Of a stretch of DNA of 64,000 bases, positions 28,717 to 38,182 are shown one piece after another; the first letter of the stretch is position 1, and each line of letters opens with the position of its first letter. Where the stretch lies: positions 1-64,000 of IMG/VR virus record IMGVR_UViG_2630968879_000020. One strand, 5' to 3'. Below the pieces are notes generated by a model. The model did no database searches. It saw only the letters and a program-made list of their open reading frames with translations, and had not been told where the DNA came from. A program made the translations under genes and the position numbers. This DNA is from a virus. Its lineage: Duplodnaviria; Caudoviricetes.

Positions 28717-29391
28717 TTAATTTTCGATTGATAAATCTAACTCGTTTTGTGTCTCTTTATCTTTGGTAAAAATAGATTTTAAATATTTAACTAACTCGTT
28801 TTCTGTGTTGATTTTATACTCACCATAACCCATACTTATTTTTCCACCAGTATAAGACACAATCCCCAGACGTTCACAAAGTTTTAACGCCTGATTTGTC
28901 TGCGTGAATCCGTTATCTGCTTTCTTGTCTGCTTTTTCTTTGTGTGCTGTCATTTGGTCACGATATTGGCGCATACTAAATTTAACTTTACCCATAATAA
29001 TAAAATCTAAAACTGCCATGATATTAGATGCGCTCATATCTGATAAATCATAATTATAAAAGCTATTAGCAACGCCGCTAATAATAAAACAAAACTTATT
29101 TAAGCTATAAGAGTTAATAGCAATTTCTTTTAATAAGTCGCTAGGATCTTTTTTAGCGTTTTTAACGATGAAGTATAAAGCGGAAACAGCTTTGTCATTT
29201 TTCGCAACTAATTCAGATAATCCAGAAAAGTATTTAACTTTGGTAATTGCAGCTTGTAATTCTGCTTTTTCCGCACTGGAAGGAGTAGCAATAGTGGATA
29301 AGTGTTGCTTGATATCGTTATATTGTGTATCTAACAGTGAAGCGACAGAAGCGACAGAAGAAACGATAATAGATTTAGACAAGTTAGCCAT
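28717..29391 (-). CDS. Hypothetical protein with winged-helix-like C-terminus
   Basis: 224-aa ORF; TQTNQALKLCERLGIV motif. Confidence 0.8.
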   Translation of the reverse strand: MANLSKSIIVSSVASVASLLDTQYNDIKQHLSTIATPSSAEKAELQAAITKVKYFSGLSELVAKNDKAVSALYFIVKNAKKDPSDLLKEIAINSYSLNKFCFIISGVANSFYNYDLSDMSASNIMAVLDFIIMGKVKFSMRQYRDQMTAHKEKADKKADNGFTQTNQALKLCERLGIVSYTGGKISMGYGEYKINTENELVKYLKSIFTKDKETQNELDLSIEN

Positions 29392-29810
29392 GATTTAGAT
29401 TCCTTTATATATAGTAGCGCATTGGCGCATAATTATTTGATTTTTGTTTTATAGTGTTGTCATCACTTGATGTCGCTTATAATAACGATTTAAAAAAACA
29501 GATCAAGAATTTTTATGAATTTTTTATTTATTCTTAAAAATAAAAAGTCTTAGAGATAATTTCAAAATGACTAAAGGTGTTGACTGAATAAATAATGTTT
29601 TTCAACATTCAACCTTATATTTATTATAAATACATAAAATATTATTTCATATATGGATTATCTTGATAGGTAGAGTTATTAATAGACGCTTTCAGTAGGA
29701 ATGTGGATATTTTGGAAAGAATAATACGTGAGAATTATCTCGACGAATTACCTTATAAAAACTCTAGTTTATTTAGGGGAATTTCACCTATCCCCTAATG
29801 TTTAGAGCAA

Positions 29811-30323
29811 TTATTCAGCCAGTGTTCCGTCAGCTTCGAGTGGAATAATACGTTTTATGGCATCGTACATGATGGTTAGAGTCCTACTGCCTATTAAAAT
29901 AGTAAAAGAATCAAGATCGCTACTTCCATGTTTGCCCTTATAAATATCTCCATTTTTCATGAAAACAGCAACTTTTTTTTCAGTGGCGTGAATTTTCTTG
30001 AGGATTAAATGAAAGGTTTTCTGATCAAAATATTCTCTTTTTTCGCCTGGCAAAGATGTGTCACTTTCTACTGAGATTTTATCCACTGGTTCAAAGAAAG
30101 CGATGTTGTAATCTCTGATACGTTTATCTTCAAAAACAAACACCCCTCCCCGATTAATTTTGACAAAATTAGTAACCATAGTACTTCCATCAATAAGGGT
30201 TATTTTGACAGATTGATTGTTATTGCTAATTGCATTAAGTCTTATTTTGCAGCCTTTATAACTTCTATCACCATGTCGTGTTGTACCGTATGTAATATCA
30301 ACTTTTGGCAATTCATTGTTCAT
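29811..30323 (-). CDS. Tandem Sm/Hfq-like protein
   Basis: VAVFMKNGDIYKGK..SSDLDSFTI...TIMYDAIKRIIP resembles Hfq Sm1/Sm2; N-half has VKITLIDG. Confidence 0.65.
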   Translation of the reverse strand: MNNELPKVDITYGTTRHGDRSYKGCKIRLNAISNNNQSVKITLIDGSTMVTNFVKINRGGVFVFEDKRIRDYNIAFFEPVDKISVESDTSLPGEKREYFDQKTFHLILKKIHATEKKVAVFMKNGDIYKGKHGSSDLDSFTILIGSRTLTIMYDAIKRIIPLEADGTLAE

Positions 30324-30473
30324 TTTCTTCTCTACTTAATGATTTTCTTGATATGAGCGGATCATACCAAACACATGACGGGTTAAAAATTAGATAATCG
30401 GTGTACATTTATATTGTAATAAATACTTATACAATCATACAATGCGAACAATTATCAATAACAGGGTGGTTGT

Positions 30474-31304
30474 ATGAAAAATAAGATATTATTGGTTGTT
30501 TTTAGCGCAATTTACTTATCTTTATCTGGTTGTGTCGTTCAACCTAAGCAAGTAAGGCCTGTCCATAAATTTGAACCTTATATCACTGGTGAAAAATTGG
30601 TCACAACACCAGAGGTAATTGAGAATTCTAAAAAGATGAGGACAACAACTCCAGAAGACATAGTAAAACTTTATAAGAAGTTAGGTGGAGACAGAGGGGA
30701 GTTTGAGACAAATGCAGACTTCCAAAAAAGAATGTCAAATGTTGGCATTATGAAGATGTGTTATCCAATTAATTTTACTGATTATAAGTTTGATCCAGAT
30801 ACAGGTTTAACCGAGCTATCAATAGGTGCTACTCATGGTAATTATAATCCCTATCTAAATTTTGATAGTGACGAGTCTTGGAAGAGCACTAGATACCTAA
30901 ATGCACCACATATCCGAATGGGGAGTTTTGAAGTAGAAAGAAAAGGCGGATATAGAGCAAACTCTTTCGGAGTAAGGGTGTTTGTAGAAGATAAAGATAG
31001 AGATCTTATATATTTAACCCTAAGTCCGTTTTATACCGAAAATCGATCTATGAGGTCGTTTTTATCGGCTGACATAACTGATACAAAAAAATTAAAGGGT
31101 ATGTCGTATTGCGTTGTCGTTAAGCCTATCTCACCTTTTATTTATAAATCAGACTCTCATTACCATAGAGCAACATTTGATGCGTCATTTGAAGGTTACT
31201 TCACTGATTATTATATTAACTCAAAGATTATTGATTTGTATTTGCAAGATGGAAAAGGAAATAGGTTAAATGACAAATTATCTGTAGTTATCAAGAAAAG
31301 GTAG
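30474..31304 (+). CDS. Lipoprotein
   Basis: Signal peptide with LSGC lipobox; RGEFETNADF motif. Confidence 0.8.
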   Translation: MKNKILLVVFSAIYLSLSGCVVQPKQVRPVHKFEPYITGEKLVTTPEVIENSKKMRTTTPEDIVKLYKKLGGDRGEFETNADFQKRMSNVGIMKMCYPINFTDYKFDPDTGLTELSIGATHGNYNPYLNFDSDESWKSTRYLNAPHIRMGSFEVERKGGYRANSFGVRVFVEDKDRDLIYLTLSPFYTENRSMRSFLSADITDTKKLKGMSYCVVVKPISPFIYKSDSHYHRATFDASFEGYFTDYYINSKIIDLYLQDGKGNRLNDKLSVVIKKR

Positions 31305-31544
31305 CCGCACACATAGCAACCGTATCTTTCGTGCTAGATGGTAGGCTGACATACTACTTTTCTGGTACTTCAATGTTTAAGGCCACCCGATGGCCTTAAT
31401 TAGAAGCGCGATTTTCCCAATCTTTACACTGCCTGCCCAATGGGTTCTTATCATTGTCACCTGTCAGAAAGTTTATAAACAACCAATTGTAGTGGTTCGC
31501 TTATTGATCCCAATAAACCAATCGGTTAAAGTTCTTCTGCCATC

Positions 31545-31615
31545 GGCAAAATCCGATGGTCAAGGTTTCGCAGCCTTGTAAAGAGTCATCCACTGGTAGA
31601 ATATTTCTACCAGTG
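31545..31615 (+). promoter_or_regulatory. c4-a1b1/seqA-like leader with target sites for the downstream antisense RNA
   Basis: CCATCGG-CAAAAT-CCGATGG hairpin just upstream, TTCGCAG (31567) and GAGTCATC (31583) complementary to the RNA loops. Confidence 0.7.
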
Positions 31616-31636
31616 TGTCTGCTATCGCCCTTTCAA

Positions 31637-31713
31637 TGGCGGTTCAGGCAGGGGAGGCTTCGGCCTCGCCGGACGATGACTCCCGGTACTGCGAACCCTG
31701 TCTTGAATCGCCA
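31637..31713 (+). ncRNA. C4/P4-CI-type antisense RNA
   Basis: TGGCGGTTCAGGCAGGG...CCCTGTCTTGAATCGCCA stem, GAGGC-TTCG-GCCTC hairpin, loops GATGACTC and CTGCGAA. Confidence 0.8.
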
Positions 31714-31748
31714 CCATCAATACTAATTAATGGAAAGGGGTAGCAGGA

Positions 31749-32060
31749 ATGAATAATGCTAGAAATGACTGGCATCAAGCCGATATTATTGCAGCCATAC
31801 GCAAACAAGGAACAACCTTAGCGGCACTCTCTCGTGACTCAGGACTTAGTTCGTCTACACTGGCAAATGCCCTCAGTAGGCAATGGCCTAAAGGCGAATG
31901 GATTATTGCCAATTACCTCGGAATACACCCATCAGAAATCTGGCCTAGTCGATACTTTGACAAAAATGGTCAACTTATTGAGCGAACTCTCTATAAAAAA
32001 TCTCAGATACATAACCCCGAAATCTCTATTGAACGTTATTTCAGAAAAATAGAAATGTGA
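31749..32060 (+). CDS. Ner/Nlp (SfsB)-family HTH protein
   Basis: DWHQADIIAA...HPSEIWPSRY. Confidence 0.9.
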   Translation: MNNARNDWHQADIIAAIRKQGTTLAALSRDSGLSSSTLANALSRQWPKGEWIIANYLGIHPSEIWPSRYFDKNGQLIERTLYKKSQIHNPEISIERYFRKIEM

Positions 32061-32190
32061 TTGCTCAAAATAGAGAGCATAAAATATCTATATATTTTCC
32101 AAATTTTATGCTCTCGTCGAAACCATATATCGGACGGTTTGCTTATTATCTGGCAAAGTAGCAGGTAACTGAATGTTTGAACATAATGAA

Positions 32191-32388
32191 ATGAAAACAA
32201 TCCCATTATCAGAATATGTAAAGCAACATGGTCAGGCGGAAACAGCAAATGTACTGGGTGTACATCAAACAGCGATTAGCAAGGCGTTGAAAGCGGAACG
32301 TAAAATATTTTTGATCCGCCAAGAAGATGGCAGTTATAAGGCTGAAGAATACCGTTCATTTCCTAGCCAGAAAATATCCATCTTTTAG
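32191..32388 (+). CDS. cro: Lambda Cro-like repressor
   Basis: GQAETANVLGVHQTAISKA...AEEYRSFPS. Confidence 0.88.
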   Translation: MKTIPLSEYVKQHGQAETANVLGVHQTAISKALKAERKIFLIRQEDGSYKAEEYRSFPSQKISIF

Positions 32389-32556
32389 TGATTTTGCCTA
32401 TTCCTAAACCGAATTAGCCTAAATATTCACCATAATAACCATGCTAAAAATAATAGCATACTGATTTAGAGCTATGAGAGGTGTAAGAGCTTATTTATTT
32501 AGTGACAAAGTTTTACGGTTAGATAAAAATAACGGTTTTCCCTATTTGCAGTAAGG

Positions 32557-32733
32557 TTGTATATTAAACACTCACTAAAAATGATAATAGCAGCAGGTTC
32601 TATTTTATTAACAGCCTGTTCATCTAGCGATGATGATATTCGAGAGTCTGTTAAAGAACAGGTTAACAGGGCAATGAAAGACCCTACATCTTCTTTATTT
32701 CGTGATGTTGACATCTACCGTGATGGCGAGGAC
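32557..32733 (+). pseudogene. Lipoprotein interrupted by a MITE
   Basis: LTAC lipobox and KDPTSSLFRDV motif; frame enters the TIR. Confidence 0.6.
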
Positions 32734-32875
32734 GGTAATTGTCAGCATAGTTGTCACCCCCATTAACAACACTGATAGAGAGAGCAGCTGGTCGATATCG
32801 TGACGTTGAATCTCGAACGAAAAAGACAGGTCTCTTAAACTCATTAATAGTGCCAATTATGTTGACAATTACCGT
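32732..32875. mobile_element. About 144-bp MITE (IS1595/IS1-like ends)
   Basis: TIRs ACGGTAATTGTCAGCATA / TATGTTGACAATTACCGT. Confidence 0.7.
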
Positions 32876-33249
32876 AGTGGTGAATATATGATTGGAGAGT
32901 TTCTTAGAAGAGGGGCATGTCTTCCGTTTTTGAAAACTCTGTTAGTGAAAGTAAAACCCAACTCAATTAATGTATTTAGAGTTAAAACAACATTTATGGG
33001 AGCGAATGGAGGTGATTTAGATTTTAGTTTATGTAGCGTCAAGCTGTATCAAATCTGGAACTTGGACGATATAGATTGCAGCTGGGTTAATAATAGGTTT
33101 GGTATTTTTTGAATTTAGTACTACCTGTATAAAAAATATTATGTAATGATAAATTTTTATTAGTTTTTTAGGTTAGCAACATGAGCTTGGGAAACTGAAA
33201 GGTCTAAACTTACTATAACCTGCAATTGGATGCTGTTGGGTCGATTATA

Positions 33250-34266
33250 ATGGAAAAATCTGGATTAGTTGTTTACCCATCGGATGGTGGAAAACCCTTT
33301 TTATTAAATGAAAATGGCCACCTATTAACAAAATTAACAACAATTAAACAAAAGCAAGAGGGAAAAGGTGCAAATGTCAAATATCAATATAAACATTTTG
33401 TACCTAATGCTGAAAACTATCAATTGGTCATAGTGCCTCGGTGTTCTTGTTTGTATTATGTATTGTATTATTTGAGAGCTGATATGTATTCAGTACCAAT
33501 TACAAAGTTCGATATTCAAGGTAACTATATTGTTTGGGGAATTGATAGTTATTCTCTTGAGGATTTTTATGATATTTCAGAGTGGTTATTTACTGATGAG
33601 TTTATTATAGATGTATATGGCTATTCTAAAAATACAAGAAAAGATAATTATGGTCTAGATTTTAAGGGTGCAAATCAATTTTTAACTGTCTCTAATGAAA
33701 AAGAGCTTGGTTATTGTGTATTAAGGCAAAAAATTAAAATGAGCGCAGGGCAGTCATGGAGTGTTCCATCAGATTTGCCAAACCCAGATAATCAAGTAGT
33801 ATTTGTCCGAAGTGATAATCCAAATTGTGCTGTCTCTACTGACAGAATATACAATAAAGTTACCGTGTCTCATGATTGCAATTTATATGTGGTTGTTTTT
33901 TCCTCTGGATTCACTCCACAGAAAGATGGTTGTGGTGTTCATATTTGGAATGAACGGGGAGAGTTAACTTACTCCAGTCGATACGTACCATTCTTCCATG
34001 GTGAAAATGTTGTTTTTAATAGCGAGAATGATGTGGTTACTACAAATTTAAAGTCCCCAATGATTAGGGCTACAGACTTATATCTTCTATGGAGTAAAAG
34101 AAATGATGACTGGAATTTTTATTCGACCGCATATAAATTTCATGAAAATAAAATAACTTTAACAACAGGGATAAAAATTGGTGATGGTAATATTGGACCG
34201 AGGCATGAGCTTAACGATTACGCAGCAGTTCCGACATATGCAATAGAATTTTCCGACTATTTTTAA
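33250..34266 (+). CDS. Orphan phage tail-tip accessory-like protein (DUF6453-like)
   Basis: GLVVYPSDGGKP, YGLDF, GVHIWNERGELTYSS repeats typical of genes that follow tail J. Confidence 0.6.
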   Translation: MEKSGLVVYPSDGGKPFLLNENGHLLTKLTTIKQKQEGKGANVKYQYKHFVPNAENYQLVIVPRCSCLYYVLYYLRADMYSVPITKFDIQGNYIVWGIDSYSLEDFYDISEWLFTDEFIIDVYGYSKNTRKDNYGLDFKGANQFLTVSNEKELGYCVLRQKIKMSAGQSWSVPSDLPNPDNQVVFVRSDNPNCAVSTDRIYNKVTVSHDCNLYVVVFSSGFTPQKDGCGVHIWNERGELTYSSRYVPFFHGENVVFNSENDVVTTNLKSPMIRATDLYLLWSKRNDDWNFYSTAYKFHENKITLTTGIKIGDGNIGPRHELNDYAAVPTYAIEFSDYF

Positions 34267-34380
34267 TACTAATAGAGTAATAGTCAGAACACCAACCATC
34301 TTGCTCTCTGCCATTTTCTAGGGCAGGACTTATCAGCTAACAACTGTAGATTCATTTCAAGATGATTCAATCAATTAAAA

Positions 34381-34650
34381 TGATGGAGCGGGTGATTTGT
34401 CTTTGTGCTATACGAGATTGGTAGCCTCGGTTCTGGTGCATTACTCTTCAACTAACATCGTCAGTCTAATGCCTCAGCATAGATCTATCTAGGGCATCAC
34501 TCGACATTTTATCCAATCACGGGTTTCCAACCTCTCGGGTTTATGTCCTGTGCTCCTGATAGCGCTAGTATTCTCCTGAGTGACTGTATTGTGGAGGGTA
34601 TGGCTGTGGTCAGTTCGGCAGGCTCTTTAACTATACTCAGCGTCTCTAAC
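34381..34650 (-). mobile_element. Possible transposase-less IS110-family remnant (non-coding end)
   Basis: GC-richer, hairpin-rich, ORF-less island with -10-like TATAGT near one end; resemblance from memory only. Confidence 0.35.
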
Positions 34651-34752
34651 ATCAGTGGCATGATGTTAAATTGCTGATATTTATTCTCTCCGCTTAATTT
34701 AATGTTCCATTAAGCGGAGCGAATAATAACGAATTCATAGAGGGGAAAAGTA

Positions 34753-35043
34753 TCAATTGTCAGCGGACTGCTCTGCGTTTTTCATTAATATTTCGAGCAT
34801 TTCCTCTGTGATCCTGCCTTCTTTGAACATTTCGAGAAGTTGTGTTTTAACACTGTTGTCGGCAATGATCTGTTTAGTGCATTTATCGAATTCTGCTAAC
34901 GTGATGTTCTCTAGGAGTGCATTAAGCACTATCTCAATACTTGGTTTAACGTTTTTCGATTTGAGTCTAGATTTCAATTCATTAATTTTTTCTTGTGCTT
35001 TTGGTGTAGCTCTGAACTGCACAACTTTTGCTTTGTCAGTCAT
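34753..35043 (-). CDS. Small DNA-binding protein, ribbon-helix-helix-like
   Basis: VVQFR beta strand followed by two helices; hairpin terminator at 34688-34718. Confidence 0.65.
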   Translation of the reverse strand: MTDKAKVVQFRATPKAQEKINELKSRLKSKNVKPSIEIVLNALLENITLAEFDKCTKQIIADNSVKTQLLEMFKEGRITEEMLEILMKNAEQSADN

Positions 35044-35084
35044 AATATACCTATAAAAAAATACCTTTAATATTATTATATCTA

Positions 35085-36725
35085 TTAGTTAAGTAAGTGA
35101 AAAGGTAATTCACTACCTTCCGATAAAATGCCCTGAACAAACCCATCGGTTTCTTTGATAATGTTTCTTCGCTCAAATGAGTGTTGTAGTAAGTTATTAT
35201 TGGAATAGTCGAGGAAATCCACGACAAAGCAGATATTCGCCTGATCGGTTTTTTTACGAAGTCCACGGCCTACACGTTGACGCAGTTCTACCTCCGCTTT
35301 CCCACCACCGGCAAGAATGACACCACCAACGCCGGGAACATCAACACCTACATCAAGTATTGTAGAGCCAATCAGTACATCAATCTCACGGTGACGCAGC
35401 TTATCAAGTTGAGCCATTCGTTCAGCCTGTTTGCTCTCACCGAAGATGAATTCTGTTTTAATACCTATACTTCTCAGCATTTCCTTCAAAATCTGACCGT
35501 GTCGTTTGAGCCTAACAAGGATCATTACGGTCAATTTGTGTCCTACCATTTTTTTTGCCTGATGGACGATTAGACTATTTCGAGCAAGATTGTAAGTAAT
35601 GCCAAGTTGCGCGGCTCGTGTGTATGGGGAGTTACGACCTAAACGTGAATTTCCAACCTTTTCAGAAAGATCTTTTTTGATATTCACATCATCAGGTGTG
35701 TAATCTGTTCTTAGATAAAGGAAGTAAGGTTTTGCCAGAATACCTCTGTCTATGAGATATCGTTCCGATACTTTAATTCCAATAGAGCCGGTAACAGCCA
35801 TCAACCGCATATTGGCTTCTGCGGAATCTTTCATAAATGGCGTTGCTGTTAGACCTAATCGGTAATCGGCATTCACACACATGCGGCTGATATCATAAAA
35901 AGCGTTGCCCGATGATTCGTGTGCTTCTTCCAGTATCAATAAGCGAACTTCCTGCAACAGTTTTTTGATTGCCGCCTGTCTACGATAGTGAAACTCTCGT
36001 TTTTCCCCCCACTCTTTGCGTTGTTCCTCTTTGGTTGGATGCGGCTTGGTTGATTTTTTACCTTTGGGTGGTAGTTTTTCAACAAAACGGGGGAACTCGT
36101 CAAGAAAGCTAGCAAGAGTCTGAATGGTTGCTACGTTAATATGGCGCGAAAAGTGGAACATGCCGTCACCAACGATCCCGATTTTTTCTCCTTTCAGGTG
36201 AGGTTCGCTGTTTTCTGCTCTGTAGTTGATAGAACGTTGAAAATTGTCTCTCATTTGGTGCATTAGCACCGATCGTGTGGTGATAAACAGTGTCAGTTGA
36301 TTAATACGAGCGGCGGCTTTACAGCCCACTACGCTTTTCCCACCGCCAGTTGCAATCTGAGCAATCATCCCTCCCTGCTTGACCATACGCTCGACTGTTT
36401 CATCCTGATAAACGTAATCAGGATTGTACGGGAACTCGTTTATCTTTGGGTTAGGTTGACCCAATGGCAGGATCATGGGTTTACGCTGCAAAAGTACTCT
36501 GTGACCTGCTTTCTCTAACTTCTTTGTCACTGCCTGAACAAAACCTGATGGAAAACTGCGTGTTGTCCAGTTGAACATTGTCGATCTTCCATCCCATCCG
36601 CTTGATTTAAACTGTGCCCCATCAACCTCATAGCTCAGTGCATCTTGAACACCGCGTAAAACACCCTCATCGGCATTTTTACTTATTAATGCGTTGACTG
36701 CATTATATGCAATAACGATATCCAT
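35085..36725 (-). CDS. SF2 helicase
   Basis: ATGGGKS, LEEAH, LTATP, GVDVP, QRVGRGLR. Confidence 0.93.
   Translation of the reverse strand: MDIVIAYNAVNALISKNADEGVLRGVQDALSYEVDGAQFKSSGWDGRSTMFNWTTRSFPSGFVQAVTKKLEKAGHRVLLQRKPMILPLGQPNPKINEFPYNPDYVYQDETVERMVKQGGMIAQIATGGGKSVVGCKAAARINQLTLFITTRSVLMHQMRDNFQRSINYRAENSEPHLKGEKIGIVGDGMFHFSRHINVATIQTLASFLDEFPRFVEKLPPKGKKSTKPHPTKEEQRKEWGEKREFHYRRQAAIKKLLQEVRLLILEEAHESSGNAFYDISRMCVNADYRLGLTATPFMKDSAEANMRLMAVTGSIGIKVSERYLIDRGILAKPYFLYLRTDYTPDDVNIKKDLSEKVGNSRLGRNSPYTRAAQLGITYNLARNSLIVHQAKKMVGHKLTVMILVRLKRHGQILKEMLRSIGIKTEFIFGESKQAERMAQLDKLRHREIDVLIGSTILDVGVDVPGVGGVILAGGGKAEVELRQRVGRGLRKKTDQANICFVVDFLDYSNNNLLQHSFERRNIIKETDGFVQGILSEGSELPFHLLN
35102..35119. 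promoter_or_regulatory. Phage-plasmid operator upstream of the RHH gene
   Basis: AAGGTA-ATTCAC-TACCTT. Confidence 0.6.
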
Positions 36726-36765
36726 AAATAAGACCTTATATTTTTTAAAAAAACAGATATTATAT

Positions 36766-36783
36766 TATGTATGTAAATACTTA
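36766..36783. promoter_or_regulatory. Phage-plasmid operator in the divergent helicase/ParB promoter region
   Basis: TATGTA-TGTAAA-TACTTA. Confidence 0.7.
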
Positions 36784-36806
36784 TGGAAAAGTATGGAAAA
36801 AATACA

Positions 36807-37508
36807 ATGGAAAGTAAAACTAAATTTTTAGAGGTGGAGACGGGAAAACTCGTTCCTAACGGCTGGAATACCAACAGTGTTCCACTAATGAACATGGACA
36901 AATTAAGAGAATCACTCACTCGCCTCGGTTTGTTTAAACCCATCATTGTTCGTGAGGTCAGGGACAAATACGAGATCTTAGGTGGTGAGCATCGTTGGAG
37001 AGCTGCTGTAGAACTTGGTATGCCGACCGTCATGATTGCCAATTTAGGTGAAATCAGTGATTCAACCGCAAAACAAATCTCTGTTATCGACAATGAGCGA
37101 TACGGTGAAGACGATGCGGACAGTTTTACCCGTTTGCTTGAGGAAATTCAGACAGATCTTTCCTACAGTTTTGCAGACCTTGCTCCGGTTGATGACATTC
37201 TCAAAGACGTAATGCCTACAATCTCGACAGAAGCAGCGTTTCGGGAGTTAGAAGCTCTAAGCACTGAAATGGGGGCAAACACTGAAATGGATGAATTCGG
37301 TTCTGAGTTATTACGTGAAAGAGCTGAAAGAGCCGAGGTGAGTTCTCACCAAACCATGCGATTTAAGGTTACGACAGATGCGGCGGAAATGATTGAAGCC
37401 GTGATAGCGGCCGTTATCCGTGACGAGAACATTAAAACGGGCAACAAGATGGAAGATGCCGGGGAAGCACTGTTATTCATTGCAGAAAAATACAGGGAAG
37501 TACGCTAA
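36807..37508 (+). CDS. ParB/Srx N-terminal domain protein
   Basis: PNGWN.N, PIIVR, ILGGEHRWRA. Confidence 0.88.
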   Translation: MESKTKFLEVETGKLVPNGWNTNSVPLMNMDKLRESLTRLGLFKPIIVREVRDKYEILGGEHRWRAAVELGMPTVMIANLGEISDSTAKQISVIDNERYGEDDADSFTRLLEEIQTDLSYSFADLAPVDDILKDVMPTISTEAAFRELEALSTEMGANTEMDEFGSELLRERAERAEVSSHQTMRFKVTTDAAEMIEAVIAAVIRDENIKTGNKMEDAGEALLFIAEKYREVR

Positions 37509-38182
37509 TGGAAAAGAAATTTGAAATTGTCTATTTAGACCCTCGTGCTCTTATCCCATATGAGAAGAATGCAAAAAAGCATAATGAGCAACAAATTAAA
37601 GATCTTGCCGAAGCCATCAAAAAACGTGGTTTTGACCAACCTATCACAGTTGATAAAAACAGGGTGATTATTACCGGTCATGGTCGAACGGAAGCGTCAA
37701 TCTTTGCCTGCCTGACAAAAGTACCCGTTATTATCCGTGATGACTTGACTGAATCCGAAGTTGCTGCGAAAAGACTGGAAGATAACCGCCTAGCCAGTAC
37801 CGACTACGACGCTCTGGTACTGCAAGAAGAACTGAAAAACCTGATTGACGGTGACGTGGCTGTTTACGGATTTTCTGATCGTGAATTGAGTGTATTGGTT
37901 GAAGACATGATCGACTCAATGGCAACTGATGGCTTAGTTGTGGATCTGTCAGTTGAAACTGAAAGACAGAAAGACGAGCACGATGTGGTCGCTCATAAAG
38001 TGGCAAACGAAGATGTCCGGCTGGTAGACGTAATGGGCTTTAAATCGATTCCTGCCAGTTCTGCGATTGTGGTTGGTGATTTGCTTGCTCACATGGAAGA
38101 AATGACGGGAAAGAGCGGTATAGACGCTTTTCTGGCGTTTGCAGAAAAAGTCTCTGAGGAAATGTACGGAGAGCAACAATGA
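37508..38182 (+). CDS. ParB/Srx N-terminal domain protein
   Basis: PYEKNAKKH, GFDQPI, IITGHGR, LEDNR. Confidence 0.88.
   Translation: MEKKFEIVYLDPRALIPYEKNAKKHNEQQIKDLAEAIKKRGFDQPITVDKNRVIITGHGRTEASIFACLTKVPVIIRDDLTESEVAAKRLEDNRLASTDYDALVLQEELKNLIDGDVAVYGFSDRELSVLVEDMIDSMATDGLVVDLSVETERQKDEHDVVAHKVANEDVRLVDVMGFKSIPASSAIVVGDLLAHMEEMTGKSGIDAFLAFAEKVSEEMYGEQQ

Noticed and set aside
30412-30429. Additional operator copies at about 30412, 11694, 18781 and 42016
   Set aside because: Only one good half-site or wrong spacing; not counted without a PWM score
36807-38182. ParB proteins as the plasmid partition system
   Set aside because: No adjacent ParA or parS-like array and no clear central HTH; the context is ABC-GNAT-terminase
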